DNA from: Trichoplax sp. H2
Taxonomy: Eukaryota
Direction of reading: 5' to 3'
DNA: 53,905 nt
NCBI GenBank assembly: GCA_003344405.1
Contig: NOWV01000310.1
Coordinates: 1 to 53,905, forward strand
The position numbers and the translations under genes were made by a program. Below, piece by piece: positions 28,193 through 41,921 of the stretch; within the stretch, counting starts at the first letter, position 1; each line of letters opens with the position of its first letter. Under the pieces are notes generated by a model, which saw nothing but the letters and a program-made list of their open reading frames with translations, ran no database searches and was not told the origin of the DNA.

Positions 28193-31100
28193 TTTCCAGT
28201 AGTCTTTGATGACAAACCCATTGAGCTTTGTATATCTAGGTGCCTGAGGTACCTTTTACCTTGATGGTCTAGACTACTTTTACGCTATAATCTGCGACTA
28301 TCGGCATAGTGATACTAAGAGTTAGCGATCGATTCCTTACTACTGCTGGACTATCATGGGCCTACCATGGTCACAACGATTCATCATCATCATCATCATA
28401 ATAGTATTATTGCAATTATTGCAATTACTATTATTCTTATTATTATTTTTCGATTTTTCCGACAGTCGAAATCTCATTTGCATAAGCTTCTCGGGTATTC
28501 AAAGTCTTTCCCTTCCATGGTAGAACTTAATATTGGACTACAACGACCGTTTCATCACATACTGTCCCATTACAAGTACTAGACCGACTCCTTTGCTCCA
28601 GTTCGACGTTAAGACTATCCATTAATTAAGCCATTTCCTAGGGAAATGCAGGATAACCCATGAGTATTCTTATTGCTAATAGAATGGCTTGTTAGTGATA
28701 TTCCCCGTAATAGACTACTAATCGACAGTAAATTTTCAACTGTAATTATAAGACTCATTTTGATGAGTTACTAGATTTAAATTGCTACACTGTAGTGTTC
28801 GCTGCTGTCTTAGGATCAGCCGTGTTAGTTAAGCTTTTGCCAAGGAATAGCAATAAATGATGATCGTTCCTGAAATAGGGCAATGATATAATTTGTTCAC
28901 AGATTGCGATATATACAAAGGGGCATTACATTAAAGGAGATAGTAGATGGACCGGTAGTATTGCAAATCACTACGATAATAGCTTCAATCCAATACGTAT
29001 TTAATTTGAATCAAAAGTTGTCTCTACAATGCAGTTAGAACAGTGCTTATGACAGCATATCAAGCAAAAACAGTCTTGAATAAATTGCTAGGTTTATTTT
29101 CTTGTCTCCTCGACTTAACTGTAATCTTAACTAGGCACAATGAACAAACAGTGCTGCAGAATGATGTAAAGCGGTTAGCGATAATGTATATATGCGTATA
29201 ATCACATTACTACCGATAATAAAATAGTGACAATCAATTATTCAATTAGTAGTACTAATTCGATTAATTATTTATATAAATTAATATGATGCATAGGGCT
29301 ATCTATTTCCAGTTCATGTTAACAGGATTAATCCAATTAAGGCAGTAATCGTTATGTTCTCTCGTGCGACACTAGGTCAATCACGCAATATTAGGTTAGA
29401 AACTGTAAAGTAGCCGAAGCGTGGAGTCCACTTTTTTACTCTGGGTTGCCTTCCCACTAGTGATCTATACGAGTATATATAATCTAATTGATAATCCTAT
29501 CTTTCTTAATGAAATGTAATTAGAATAAAGCCACTGACGAATATGCATACTGTGCTCGATATCATAAATGACTGTCAATCTAAAGCGGTTGGCGATAGCA
29601 CCCGGATTAGAAACAATTTTTACTTTCAAATAATGACCATATAGGTCGTCGCAATCAATATCTCTACAATAAATTCATTCACAGAGGTAATCAAAAAGGT
29701 GTCAAAAGTATTCTAATGAATTCATTACTGTACAGTAATTTTAAGAACGTTTCATCCGGAACCCAACGGTTGTGAACTAAATGCATTAGGAAGGATCATG
29801 AAATAACTGCCATAGACTGTATTTATATATTTTCAAATGGAAAAAGGCCTGTAATACAATCCGGTTAAGTGATATCTCATTAATTATTATAAAAATTGAT
29901 GATGCCCAGGCTGGTCTGGCATCTACTGCAGACGCATATCGTTAAGAAAGAGTACTCATTTTAGGTATGTTCTCTAAAATTCATGAAACTCACTCAGTTG
30001 AAGTTATAGTCATCCTTCTTAAAATAACTATCCCATAATTCCTGTATTCTACATTGTTGCAGCTGGATCATTCCACTTTACCTGTAACAATTATAGCTTC
30101 GAGAGCCGATGCAAGATCAGTATTACACTGGTAAATCTTGTAAAGTATTGCCTACTTAGGAAAAGAGTTCTGTTACTCATAGAACAGAAATTCTAGTAGC
30201 GCTTTACCCTAGACTACTAAGTCTCTTTATAAAAATAAGTACGTAGTCCATGGTTTTTACTTGATCAATCTATTGTCGACTTAATTCTTGGACACTTTAA
30301 CTATATGTGATAGTTGATTCAATTCAAATAGGACTATATCGAATAGGTGTTATGTATATTCTACTACGCTATTGAACATAAAATTTCATTTACTACCTAC
30401 CGTATACAATTTCAAATCTCTGCAGTTCATCATTTCATAAGACAACATAGAATAGGACACTTATTTGGAATTAAAAAATGCCATGCATGCATAAATGCAT
30501 AGCTGCTATTAAAATAACTGGTGGCAGTCTCTATTTATTGTATGAGTAAAATACAGTATATACTAACGAAACAAGATCGATACAAATCCCATAAATGCCT
30601 AGTGATTCATTTTGCATGAATAGAGGAGCTGGTCAACATCGCATAGCAAATAAGCCCAAATTCCGCAAAACAGCATGGTCACAGGATTAGAAGTAGTATT
30701 GCTATATGGTGGTATAACCATATTTATCCAACTGCCATTTACTACCGTACTGTATACAAATATTTATTGCATACAAACACACCCAATATTGATCTTAAAC
30801 GTTAACATTAATATGCTTAACTATAAATTATATTTTGAAAATAAAGCTAATGACTCGTTTCATGCTACCAGTTATAATACTAGAAATACACACAAATCAC
30901 GTCTAAGGTCTGTTCATGCAATTTCAAGTAAAATCTACTATCTTTAATTCCCTAGTTCTTTCGGCATAGTATACTAAATATCTGGAATGATAGTCAATTT
31001 AGTATATACAGTACTATAGTACTGCTAGTAAGATCTACCATAGATTATTAAATAACCTAGTAGTCCAAGGATCTACATACTCGATTAAGTCAATTCATGT

Positions 31101-34100
31101 CGCCACTATACCATTAGATAATTAGAAAAAGGTAAATGTTCAATACATATGTGAAACAAAGAAATAGCAGAGGATGCTGAGTAGACTCCCTGAAATCGAT
31201 GCATTTACGATTATTTTATCTGGGCAATCCACTGTAACTCAAGCTATTTCTATTCTACCTAAATTACCAAATAACCAGTCTTAAATTGATACAATCGATG
31301 CAGGCGACCAAAAGAAACAAAGTCACTCCTGTCCTAAAAATACTGTACTATTATGGCAAACCTTTAGCAAAACTAACTATTATCATTTCAAATGATAGGA
31401 TAAAACAGCCATCGACCGCCTACTAATCAGCTATATGTACCCGGACTCTTCACTGACTATTACGCAAACTTTGAATAAAGAGCTAAAAATGGCCAAAGCA
31501 TAGAAGTAATCAATTACAAATAGATATTAACTAAATTTACTTCAAGTAAATACCATTCCTATGACTCATTCCAGTCAATTGGTGGACGGATTGGAGATAG
31601 ATTAAAAATACTCCGACTTTATTTTGAGAAGTGCAATCCTACATTTACGCCCAATATGACAATGACAGTATCGTAGTTATCCAACAACATATAAATTATT
31701 TTAAGGTACACTGCAGGTACTGATTACATAATATCACCAAATCCTTCTATAAATTATAATTGATAAATTATTATAATTTACTTCATTTCCTGTATGCCAT
31801 TTTGAATAATGAATGCGATTCTATACTTTAATTAACCAATATAGAAATTGAATTTAGATTTTATTGATACCATGTAGCTTCTTTGAAAACAATTAGCTTT
31901 AACTAGTGGCGCCCGCCACTGCCGGCCCTAACTTGTTTACCTAATACTAGATGAATTAGTCGGCTTTCATTATAATTTTATTTGTTAATACACTTGTTCT
32001 ATATGATGTGTCTATTATTCTCATGTATTATCTTCTCAAATCGTACTCCATTTGTCTCTTAAATAATAACAAGCCATCTTAGGAAACAAAAGAAATCATT
32101 TAATTCCTCTTTTCAATGTAATTTTTACCACCCCATTCCCGATGTTTGAAAGATACAGTCTAGCTAGTAATACTCTTTTAAAAATGGCCACGTTACGCTT
32201 AGCTAGTGTCGAATAATTATTATTAAAGTAAATCTCTCAATGTAGCGAGTATGCTTTATGTGTACTTATAACAATAATAGAATTGGATATTATGGTTAGT
32301 ATCGAATGATGAATAACATACACTTGGCTGTAAAGCAAATAGAAAGAATAATTGCCCATAAATCATGTACAAACGTTCCATTACAATACAAAATGAAGAT
32401 TAACTGATTATAAGGTTTGAATTGTCCTTAAATTGCGTACGATACGATAACATCTATTTATTATTATATCTACCTACCAACGTATCTTTATAATTTATAT
32501 GCTTCTAGTCTGGCGATACAGTCTTTCTATACATAGTTTCATAAAAATAGTAAAGACATACTAATCAAATCGTAGCATCATTTTTTTTTTCAGAAAATTA
32601 TTATAAAAGTGTTGAAAGCGAATAGGTTAATAGACAAATACAGGCCATCAATACCGCTGATAGCATCAATTAGACCTAATCATTCAATCCTGATAATTCA
32701 CTATGAAGACGTTTAGAAGAAATGGAAATTCAGATTAAAATTGATATCGATAAGAACAGCTGCTTTGACTACTGTGAACTCGTATATACGCGTACCTATA
32801 TCATCGATTTGGTTACAGATTCAAATCTTGCATGTGTTGAATGATGACGAACACAGAGTTAAGTAAGACTAGTCAAGGGATTTCACTTTACTGTACTTAC
32901 AATATTATACCCAATGCTGACTCAAGTGAAGTACCATCGAGAGGCTTGTGTTGAATAGCCACCACACATCAGCGAATTAGTAATCATTCTTTTAGAATAG
33001 GAATAATACATTATACAAGGATAGAAAAAGTATACAAATAGATGGATTTAGAGCCAATTATGTACTCTGTAGATAACTCCCTTACGCTTTCTTACTTTCT
33101 ACTAGATGTACTGTATAACCAAGACTACTATGGAATGCTATTATAACGTAAAAGTGATCAATTAATTATTTCCTTCCAAATTATATCATTAATATACGAG
33201 TAGACTGCAATATGGGTAGCAACTACGGTAACGGCGATTATTATAGTATAGGATGTAAAATTAATAGAATACCCTTATGAGAGCATTATGGCTTTTCAAA
33301 TATTGTAATAAGCTAACCATTATTAACTTGCATGTCTGGAATAAATCTTTTCCTTGACATGTCTGCACTACCGAGTTAAGGCTGACAAACAGGCGCCTAA
33401 TACATCTTGTCGCGCAATAGTATTAGGTATATCAATCAGAATCACTAAAATTTTACGTGGCTCACAGGTAGAACGCTAAATGTTATCAGATATTACTAGA
33501 TAATTTAAAAATATACGAATATGTGATTTCTTTCAGCTAAATAGTAGTAGAGATTAGACATTTTATAAAGTCAGTAATATCTGATGACATGCTTACAAAA
33601 ATCGATTATAGAATTATAACTTCTCTATTAGGGATATTTTGTAAGCTAATGCCTCTTATTCTCTACATACGAGTACTCGTATAGCACACATATCGCCAAT
33701 AAAACTATTTGAATTAAGGACATATTCGTTCCTCAATACCATAGGCATGTATATATACATTTACCGTTATGGACCACCGGATAAAATACATTACTGTTGG
33801 TACGGCAGTTTATAGTACGGTAAATGTATTGATACTTTTAATTTTTGTCATAGAATGAATAAATAAGGTCACTCTGCGGTATACTGCATCATAACCAGTT
33901 ATCAAAGAAAACCTCTCGACAGTAATTGTGCAAATTAGTTGTCACATAGTGCGTAAACGGAAACAAATTCAAGTAATGGGATAAAGCAGATGCTGTTCAT
34001 GATCACACTCGTACATTAAGAAACAATTCTTTTAATTTCTAAGCATTACGATATACATAAATAATCTTCAAATAGCCACTCAATAGATTAGATGATAGCG

Positions 34101-34679
34101 ATATAACAGCTCAGAGCATGAGATAAAGTAACTATAGCTATTGGCCTATTGCTACCCAGTACAGTGACGAAGCAGCAATGCTGATTTACCTTGAGTAAGC
34201 AACATATTAATATAGTAAATTTCAAAATTGACGATACAATGACGATAATAATATATCTAGATATTTAGAATTTTAATTTTTAAGTTATTAGGTCGTAGTA
34301 AAACGTTAGTACAAGAATTAAAGTTTCTGGTATACAGTATCATTAATCATACACTCTATACACGTAGTCTATGTACAAAGTTTAATATATTCGATTCACA
34401 CTAGTAAAGTAAGAAATCCACAAAACGAATAGCGCTAACTTGATTTCTTACATAATATTGCTATGATCAATTACAGTACTGAAGCAAAATATCTGGGCAA
34501 AAACTAGAAAAGAATAGAATATCAAGTCATTTCGTAGATACAGTCAGCTAAATAACGCCCAAAAAAATGATAAAACAAACCAGATACTACATGTGTTGAG
34601 GAATTAGAAGCTACAAAATCATTTTATTATGAAATAAAATTTAAATCAGCATTCATTTTTTTAAGCAAATGTTACATTT

Positions 34680-37600
34680 TTAAGGTGAAAATGTATTTAA
34701 TGAAGGTTTTATCGGGCTAAAGTAGGCATCACACCTATCGTGTAGGAAATTACCGATCGGATTGGGACATCCACGTTGAAGAGCTGTGTCACCGGTTACT
34801 GGACTATTAGCTGACTTAATAATACCAATTAGTTCCTCATTGGGCCTATTGTCGTTGTATACCATACTGATTCGGTTTAACTCTCCTTTAGCAGAAGCAG
34901 AAGTTGGTAAGGCTTCTTTAACATTATGCAACGAACGAGCCAATGGCAAAGGGTTGTTATCACATGAGCCTTTGGTAATGTCGCCACTATCGATAGCATT
35001 TAATTCTTGATGCCACGATTTATTATTTGTTACTTGGCTAGGAAACGAAGTAACAGAATTTAAATCTTCACTATTTATATAAATGTTATCATGTTTTGGA
35101 TTAAATGGAAAGGCAATAGCCGTAGCAATCCTATAGCGAAACTCTTTAGATAGAGTTGTTGAACTGTTGTTAGAACGATATTCTAAGACGTTCTTATCTG
35201 TATCTGACGAGCTAGACACTGCTTGGGCAGGCATAGAAACTGTAGTTGTACTGCTTGATTCAAAAACTGGCTTGTTCTCATTTACACATTCTTGATTCAT
35301 ATAAGATTGACTGCTATAATCTTCGTGGGTACTACCATAAGATTCACCTCGACAGTTAAAATAACGCTTTTTTGTAGGTCGATCATAAATTGATATTCTT
35401 TTCAAATTGTTAGTAATAGTGCTACCCGTATTATTGGATTTCTCCCCTTTTCTACTCGAAGTACCTACGCCAAACTGATCAGGAATGCCACGACCTTTTA
35501 AAATGCTATTTAGGGCATCTTTATCGGGGTGAAATTCTGCTTCTTTTTCAAAAACTTTCTCATTTAAATTCATCTTTAGCGCTAACGGATCTTTCTGGGC
35601 TGATTTACTATGTGGTATATCATTCTTTCTAAGTGAAACTGGTGTACGTAGTGACTTGTAATTTAATGGTCTAGAACGACTTATAGATGCTGACGCTGAT
35701 ATCACTCGTTGTGGTAGTCCGACTACAGGAGTATTTTCTGTTTCAACCTTCTTAATCCTTTTAGCCGTATTAGGTGTTTTAGGTGGAATAAAGCTAAAAG
35801 TTGCCATTGGTTCATGATGGTTTACTCTATCAAACTTGCTATTAGTAGAAACATCCTCTTCAATTCCACCTTTGCCGATTTCCAAATCCTGCACATTACT
35901 ATCACCTACGATTAAATTTACTGGTAACTTTGTCGTGCTTCTACCTGGTGTCGCTAAATTTCCAGTAGTCGTTTCTTGAATATTCTCACTGGGTTGATCT
36001 AATATCTCCTTAAAAAAAACTTGACGAGAATTGCTTTGGACCCCTGTTCCCAAATGATTGCTCTTATGCCGACTTAAGTCCGCAGGAATATTACTACGAT
36101 AGAATCAAACATTATTTAAGCTGTTAATAAGGCATTTTAAAAGTTTGTAAGCAAGTTCTGTTAATTGTAAACTTTACAAATAATTTCTAACCAGTTATTT
36201 TCCTTTAAAGTTTTCCTATTAATTTGTCGCATTTTCTTATCATGAGGCTGTGTCAGTAAAACATGCGTAAGAAATAATTTAATATTATACATGTCTACAT
36301 TCCGAGTATACAATACACACAGCATGGTAAAAATAGTTACAGGTTGTATTGTCGAGTTTTACCTACTGCATTTTGTGATTGGTAATAACAGAATTAATCT
36401 AGCCTTTAATAGATCCCATTTTAAAACTAAAAACAGGTATGCATGTAATCTTATATATTATACCTTATCTTTCAAATTGCTATTAGAGCGTAAAAGCCTA
36501 TCCTGGAGGGGTCGATCTTGTTTTACGATTTTACAGTTGATATTATCGCTGGCTTTCAAAGGCTATGAATGATTAACAAAATATTGCGTTATATATCACA
36601 TCTTATTTCAATATAAGAGCGTACAAGTGTTATCCTAGTGTTGTTGATTTACAGTAGTCAAAACTCCTTTGAAATACTTTACCTTGATTCGATGTTTACT
36701 TTCAGCAATGCCCTAACGTTGATTAGATTAAAATGTGTTAAAAATGATAACCGAGTAATTCATAGCAAAAATATTTACGATAAATATAGTTTCAAAAGCT
36801 ATCGTCAATATAGACAGTAAAAGATTTCTATTGAAAATATCGCTGATTTTACAAAAAATTGTATTTCGATTTTAATAGAAATATGATTATGCGATAACCT
36901 TATGCAGTTGTTGTTCCCCTTGCTGAAGTATTTTTTTGAATTTTGGAACAGGTTTAACCTTTCCAGATTTATTCACCAATCTCTTTGGCTAAATATCCAA
37001 GATCGTAATAATACCGGACAGAAATGAAAAATAATTACAGGTTAACAACGTTAGCTAAAATTGACCACCCACCCATTGTGTCAAAAGCATGACGTGCTAT
37101 TAAGTTTCAAATTAAAAATTATCCAACTCCAACTATAACGGCAGTATTATAGGACACATGATGTTTCGGCTTAACATACCTTATTTCTTAACTTGACCGC
37201 GGACTTGGAGACTGGTATCCTACTATAGTAATATAGGACAGATATCACGAAGTTATTTATATCAGCAAATACTTGCTGCTACTTCGCTAAAGTTTAAATG
37301 TGTATTTATGCAAAAACATACTCGTAGTAAAGACTATTATTGGAAGTTAGTGGACGTTGACGTACAGTAATATGAAGGATCAGGTTTTAAGGCCTGATCC
37401 TATCAAATACATTAGTATAGTAGCTCTGGTGTGGATATACTGTAGTGGTTACGTTTATGAAGATTAATTGAAGCTCCGATGATTGATTGCACTATAAATC
37501 AATTAATATACTTGCATTTTTGGTAATAAAATGACCACATCATCAATACGAGTATTCTCTCAATAAATACTGGACTAGTAAACATTTTAAAATTAACTAC

Positions 37601-38143
37601 CTTTTAATTTTCCTTGCTTGACCTTTTGATCGAATTGCATGATATTTGGATAGATGAGATCATAGCATAATATAAGTAATGAAATTTCTATACATTAATG
37701 ATCTCATAAAACATGTTGTATATGTACATACGATAGGAAAAATACTTTAGTGCCTGTTTATTTTGATAAAAGGTAGCAGGCTCAGAATTTAGCAAATACT
37801 GTCAGTTTATAATGGATTATATACTCTTATCACAGAAACACTATGGTTAGATGATATAGTTTATCAACCTACAGTATACAGTCTACTGAATTTAGACTTC
37901 ATTCGCTAACAACACTTTCACTGTTCAATGACTGATAACTATCAAACATGGCATAATACGGGTACAGTATTTGCTGTATCAGGCTAGAGCTGAAGAATGA
38001 CATCAACAGTAATCTACAAATAAGTTGATCGCATCAAGTTGATTCTGCTCTGTTTTTAGTCTACGTCAGTTGCATAAGATGCTATCATCGAGCTTACCTC
38101 CTATACGATCTCCTTGATTTTCTTTATTTTCTACGTCGTTCAT
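34680..38143 (-). CDS. TROAP: Tastin/TROAP-like, largely disordered basic protein (roughly 600 aa) with KEN/D-box motifs
   Basis: Phase-consistent exons from ATG 38143 (MNDVENKENQGDRIG), ~37622-37601, ~37220-37180 (RIPVSKS), ~36989-36900, ~36713-36683, ~36562-36463, ~36248-36192 (RKTLKENN), then a long terminal exon containing ORF 34680-36053. Motifs EFHPDKDALNSILKGRGI and C-terminal RGCPNPIGNFLHDRCDAYFSPI resemble human tastin EFVADPAALATILSGEGV and RVCTNPVATLLEWQDALCFIPV (recalled, not searched). The gene's existence is high confidence; its identity is moderate. Confidence 0.65.
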
Positions 38144-40239
38144 GATGACTTTTAAACTTTTCAAACACCTATACAAAGAATTAGATAAGAGCATAAAAGA
38201 CAAATCATTCGGTTAAAACACCATTAGATCGTGCCTAATTCAACGAATCTAAGCTACAGCACATAGCATCATGGTACTACGATGAACAAGTAAGTTTTAT
38301 CCACCTTTTTTCTCCAGGCTAATAACACGATTTGCTTCTTATTTTCGAGGAAGGACTGAAAATGATCTATACAATGTAACCATCAACAGAGCTCCAACGG
38401 CAAACTAGACGTCCTGATAGTCAATGCCTATAGAAGAATATGGTTGAATGATGGCAATACTTACTGAAAGGCAAGTAAACAATTTAAGTAAAGCTGTGGT
38501 CTAGCTAATAGCATCCAAACTTCTTCACTGGCTGCTGTAGTCTACTGCTTTGACCAGGATTGCCGGGTAGAAATTTTGAAAAATAACATTTTGAACGGTA
38601 ACCAATGGATTAGTCCATTTTTTACGCACGCGCATTGAAAGCTGCGATGGCCGATACAACTGGAGCCTTGCTGATCATTCGGGCATGGCCTAAAAGGTTT
38701 TTCTATTGTTTTTGTAGTACTGTATGGTCGATATAGTATGCAGCGAAGACCGGAGAGCCGATGGATGGACTTCTCCTTCAGCTACTACATAGAAAGGGAT
38801 TTAAGGATTTAAGGAATTTGGACAAAATTGATAGCCCAGGCCCGATTTTGGTCATGTTAAACATTCACATTAGTTATGATAGATGAAAGTATTTTCTCTT
38901 TCAAGTTTAGACACTTTTTTCTTGGTCAAATATTGAGTGATCCATCCCCGACATGATGCTACAACATCAACGACCATAATGTGCACTACTGTGCAGTTAT
39001 GGGGTTTGCTTTGAGACTACGTCTACAAGCATACTGTACTACCATAGACTGCTAAAAGAGAAAATTCTCTTGGAGTTTTCGCTTTGAAGTCCATGACTGT
39101 CGATAGCATAGTCCATCGAGGGTAAAAAAATGGGTTAAGGGGTAGGTTTAGGTAGATACCATAGAGGTATATGGTAGATACAGATGGAGTAGTCTAAAAT
39201 GAGTCCATACTGCTCGCGATTGTTGTCCAAATGAGCTGCTAGGTAGGTTTTTACACAAAACAGAAAAGACTTTCTTTGCTCGAGATCATACTCGTACAGG
39301 AGAGCACTTTGCTGACTGAGAGAGCGGAGTAAGTATGATCAGACAAGAACGACTAATAACTAGGACTACTGTGTTAAAAAAAGAACGAGAAATGACGTTC
39401 ACTTGAATGAAAACATGGAGACCGATTAGTTGATTAGTCATTTCAAGTATATTGCAGATCTGCTATGGTTCACTAGACTATCCAAAATGGACATGCAAAT
39501 CAGCTGCTAGATTAGTTTTGTTTAGTATGGTATACGCTCTCATAGATTCCGTATAGTAAAATGACGGAAAATAGGATAGGCCTGCATATTATATGGCACT
39601 ACACGACCACTTCTCATCCCACGCTCTTTCTTTGAAGTAGTTTGTCTGCAACAAATACTGTTCTGTTAAAATTAGCATTTGTAATTCATGAACATCAATG
39701 AACATCGATCACGAATGCGATTGGACACTTGTGGCCCCACTACTGTATCTTCTTTCCAATGTAGGTGATCTCACTGGAAGGAAGAAAGCAATAATGCTGT
39801 CGATAGATGACTAGGAGATGCTATTTAGTCATACACTGCTCGTCGTACGTACTGGCTAGTTAGCTCATTTCCAGCTCAACAAGCTACCATATTGTTGATT
39901 GTTTTTTTTCATAATATTTCTCTTAATTCAATTACAAGTAGCTTATCCTTAAGAAAGCTTATTCTATTCTATTAATGAACTACTAGTATCATTGTCCGCC
40001 ATCTTGCTAGCAGTAACTCAAACCTAGCAGTATTTATAATTTTTGACGTACATTTTAGGAATTCAGTTTCAGTCACATTACTACGCAAAACAATATAATA
40101 CGTATACATTAGCCCTATATATTAACATGTCTAATGTATCAGTAGGACAGCTTAAACGAAATGTACAAAGTAATTGATGCAAAATAGTTAAGGCTAATAT
40201 TAATACATAATACAGTACAGTACAGTTCGTCGAGTCCCG

Positions 40240-41921
40240 ATGTTCTAAATATACATTTCCTAGATTGCTACATGATTTGGCAACATCAGGATGATTGAAA
40301 ACCGACGATCTAATTTGAGAGACTTCTCATACATAGAAATAGCCTCTTCATGCTTGCCTTAATATCTACTGTATATGCCTCTCTCATGTTGTTATATGAT
40401 GCGGCAACATCGAGATGATTATGATCCAAGACTGACAATCTAATTTTGTACGACTTCTCAATTCTCATACATAGAAATAACCTCTTCATGTTAGCCTTGA
40501 TTTGAATATGCAGCTCCCATGTTGCGATATAATGCGGCAACTTCGAGATGACGATGACTCAAGACTGACAATCTAATTTTGAGGGACTTCTCATACATAG
40601 AAATAGCTTCTTCATGTTTGCCCTGATCTAAATATGCAGTTCCCATGTTCTATGGTACGGCAACATCGGAATAATTATGACCAAAAGCTGACAATCTAAT
40701 TTTGAGTGATTTCTCATACATAGAAATAGTCTCTTCATGCTTGCCTTGATGCCTATATGCAGTTCCCATATTGTCATATGATACAGCAACATCAGGATGA
40801 TTATGACCCAAGACTGACAATGTAATTTTTAAGTGATTTCTCATACATAGAAATAGTCTCTTAATGTTGCCTTGATCTGAATATGCAGCTCCCATGTTTT
40901 TATATGATACGGTAACATTGGGGTGATTATGACCCAAGACTGGCAATCTAATTTTAAGAGACAGAAATAGTCTCTTCATGATTGCCTTGACTTAAATATG
41001 CCTCTTCCATATTGTTATACGACGCGGCACCATCGGGATGATTATGACCCAAGACTGACAATGTAATTTTGAGTAGCTTCTCGTACATAGAAATAGCCTC
41101 TTCATGCTTGCCTTGACCTGAATATCCAGTTTCCATGTTATAGGATGCAGCAATATTGAAATGATCATGACCCAATACTAACAATGCTATTTTGAGCGAC
41201 TTCTCACACATAGAAATGACTTCTGCATGTTTGCCTTGATCTGAATATGCAGTTCCCATGTTATATAACTTGGCAATATCGAGCTGATTATGACCTAAGA
41301 CTGGCAACCTAATTTTGAGCGACTCCTCATACATAGAAATAGTTTCTTTATATTTGTCTTGATATGTATATGAAGCTCCTAAGTTGTTCTATGATGCGGT
41401 AACATCGGAATAATTATAGCACAAGACTGACAATATAATTTTGAGTGGCTTCTCATACATAGAAATAGCCACTTTAAGTTTGCCTTAATATCTATATGCA
41501 GTTCCCATGCCGCTATATGATGCGGCAACATCGGGATGATTATGACCCAAGATTGATAATGTAATTTTGACTGACTTCTCATGCATAGAAATAGCCTCTT
41601 CATGTTTGCCTTGATCAAAGTACGCAGCTCCAATGTTGCTATATGCTGCACCAATATCGGAATGATTATGATCAAGGATTGACAATCTAATTTTAAGTAA
41701 TTCCTATCTCTTTGTATGAATTAGCGACATTCGGATTGCATTTATCTCTATACCTTAATTTTATATTAACTGGTTTCATGTAACTATTCAATGCCCCCAT
41801 TCCAATCTTCTTCCACTCGCATAATGTCACCATATCTATGTAAACTTTCCGCAATCATCATTTCATCTTTTAGCTTCTCAGCTATTTCTCGCGCTTTTTC
41901 TGTTACTTGTTTAGCCTTCAT
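40240..41921 (-). pseudogene. Degenerate TPR-repeat gene (42-aa/126-nt NPHP3/kinesin-light-chain-type repeats, about 11-12 units)
   Basis: Repeated GKHEEAISMYEKSLKI(R/T)LSVLGHNHPDVAxSYxNMG units split across several frames (ORFs 41485-41685, 40954-41334, 40650-40979, 40310-40540). In-frame TAA at 41485-41487, a ~11-nt deletion near 40962, and a frameshifted N-terminal segment MKAKQVTEKAREIAEKLKDE from ATG 41921. Confidence 0.85.

Noticed and set aside
28367..28582. ORF with a His run and hydrophobic stretch (HHHHHH...IIAIIAITII)
   Set aside because: Explained by CAT and ATT microsatellite-like sequence; no other support.
19500..34600. tRNA, rRNA, snRNA genes or a transposase
   Set aside because: No cloverleaf, rRNA-like or DDE/RT-coding sequence recognised by eye; a covariance-model search would be needed to exclude small RNAs.
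34786..35010. Antisense ORF within the TROAP-like terminal exon
   Set aside because: Shadow ORF with no independent features.
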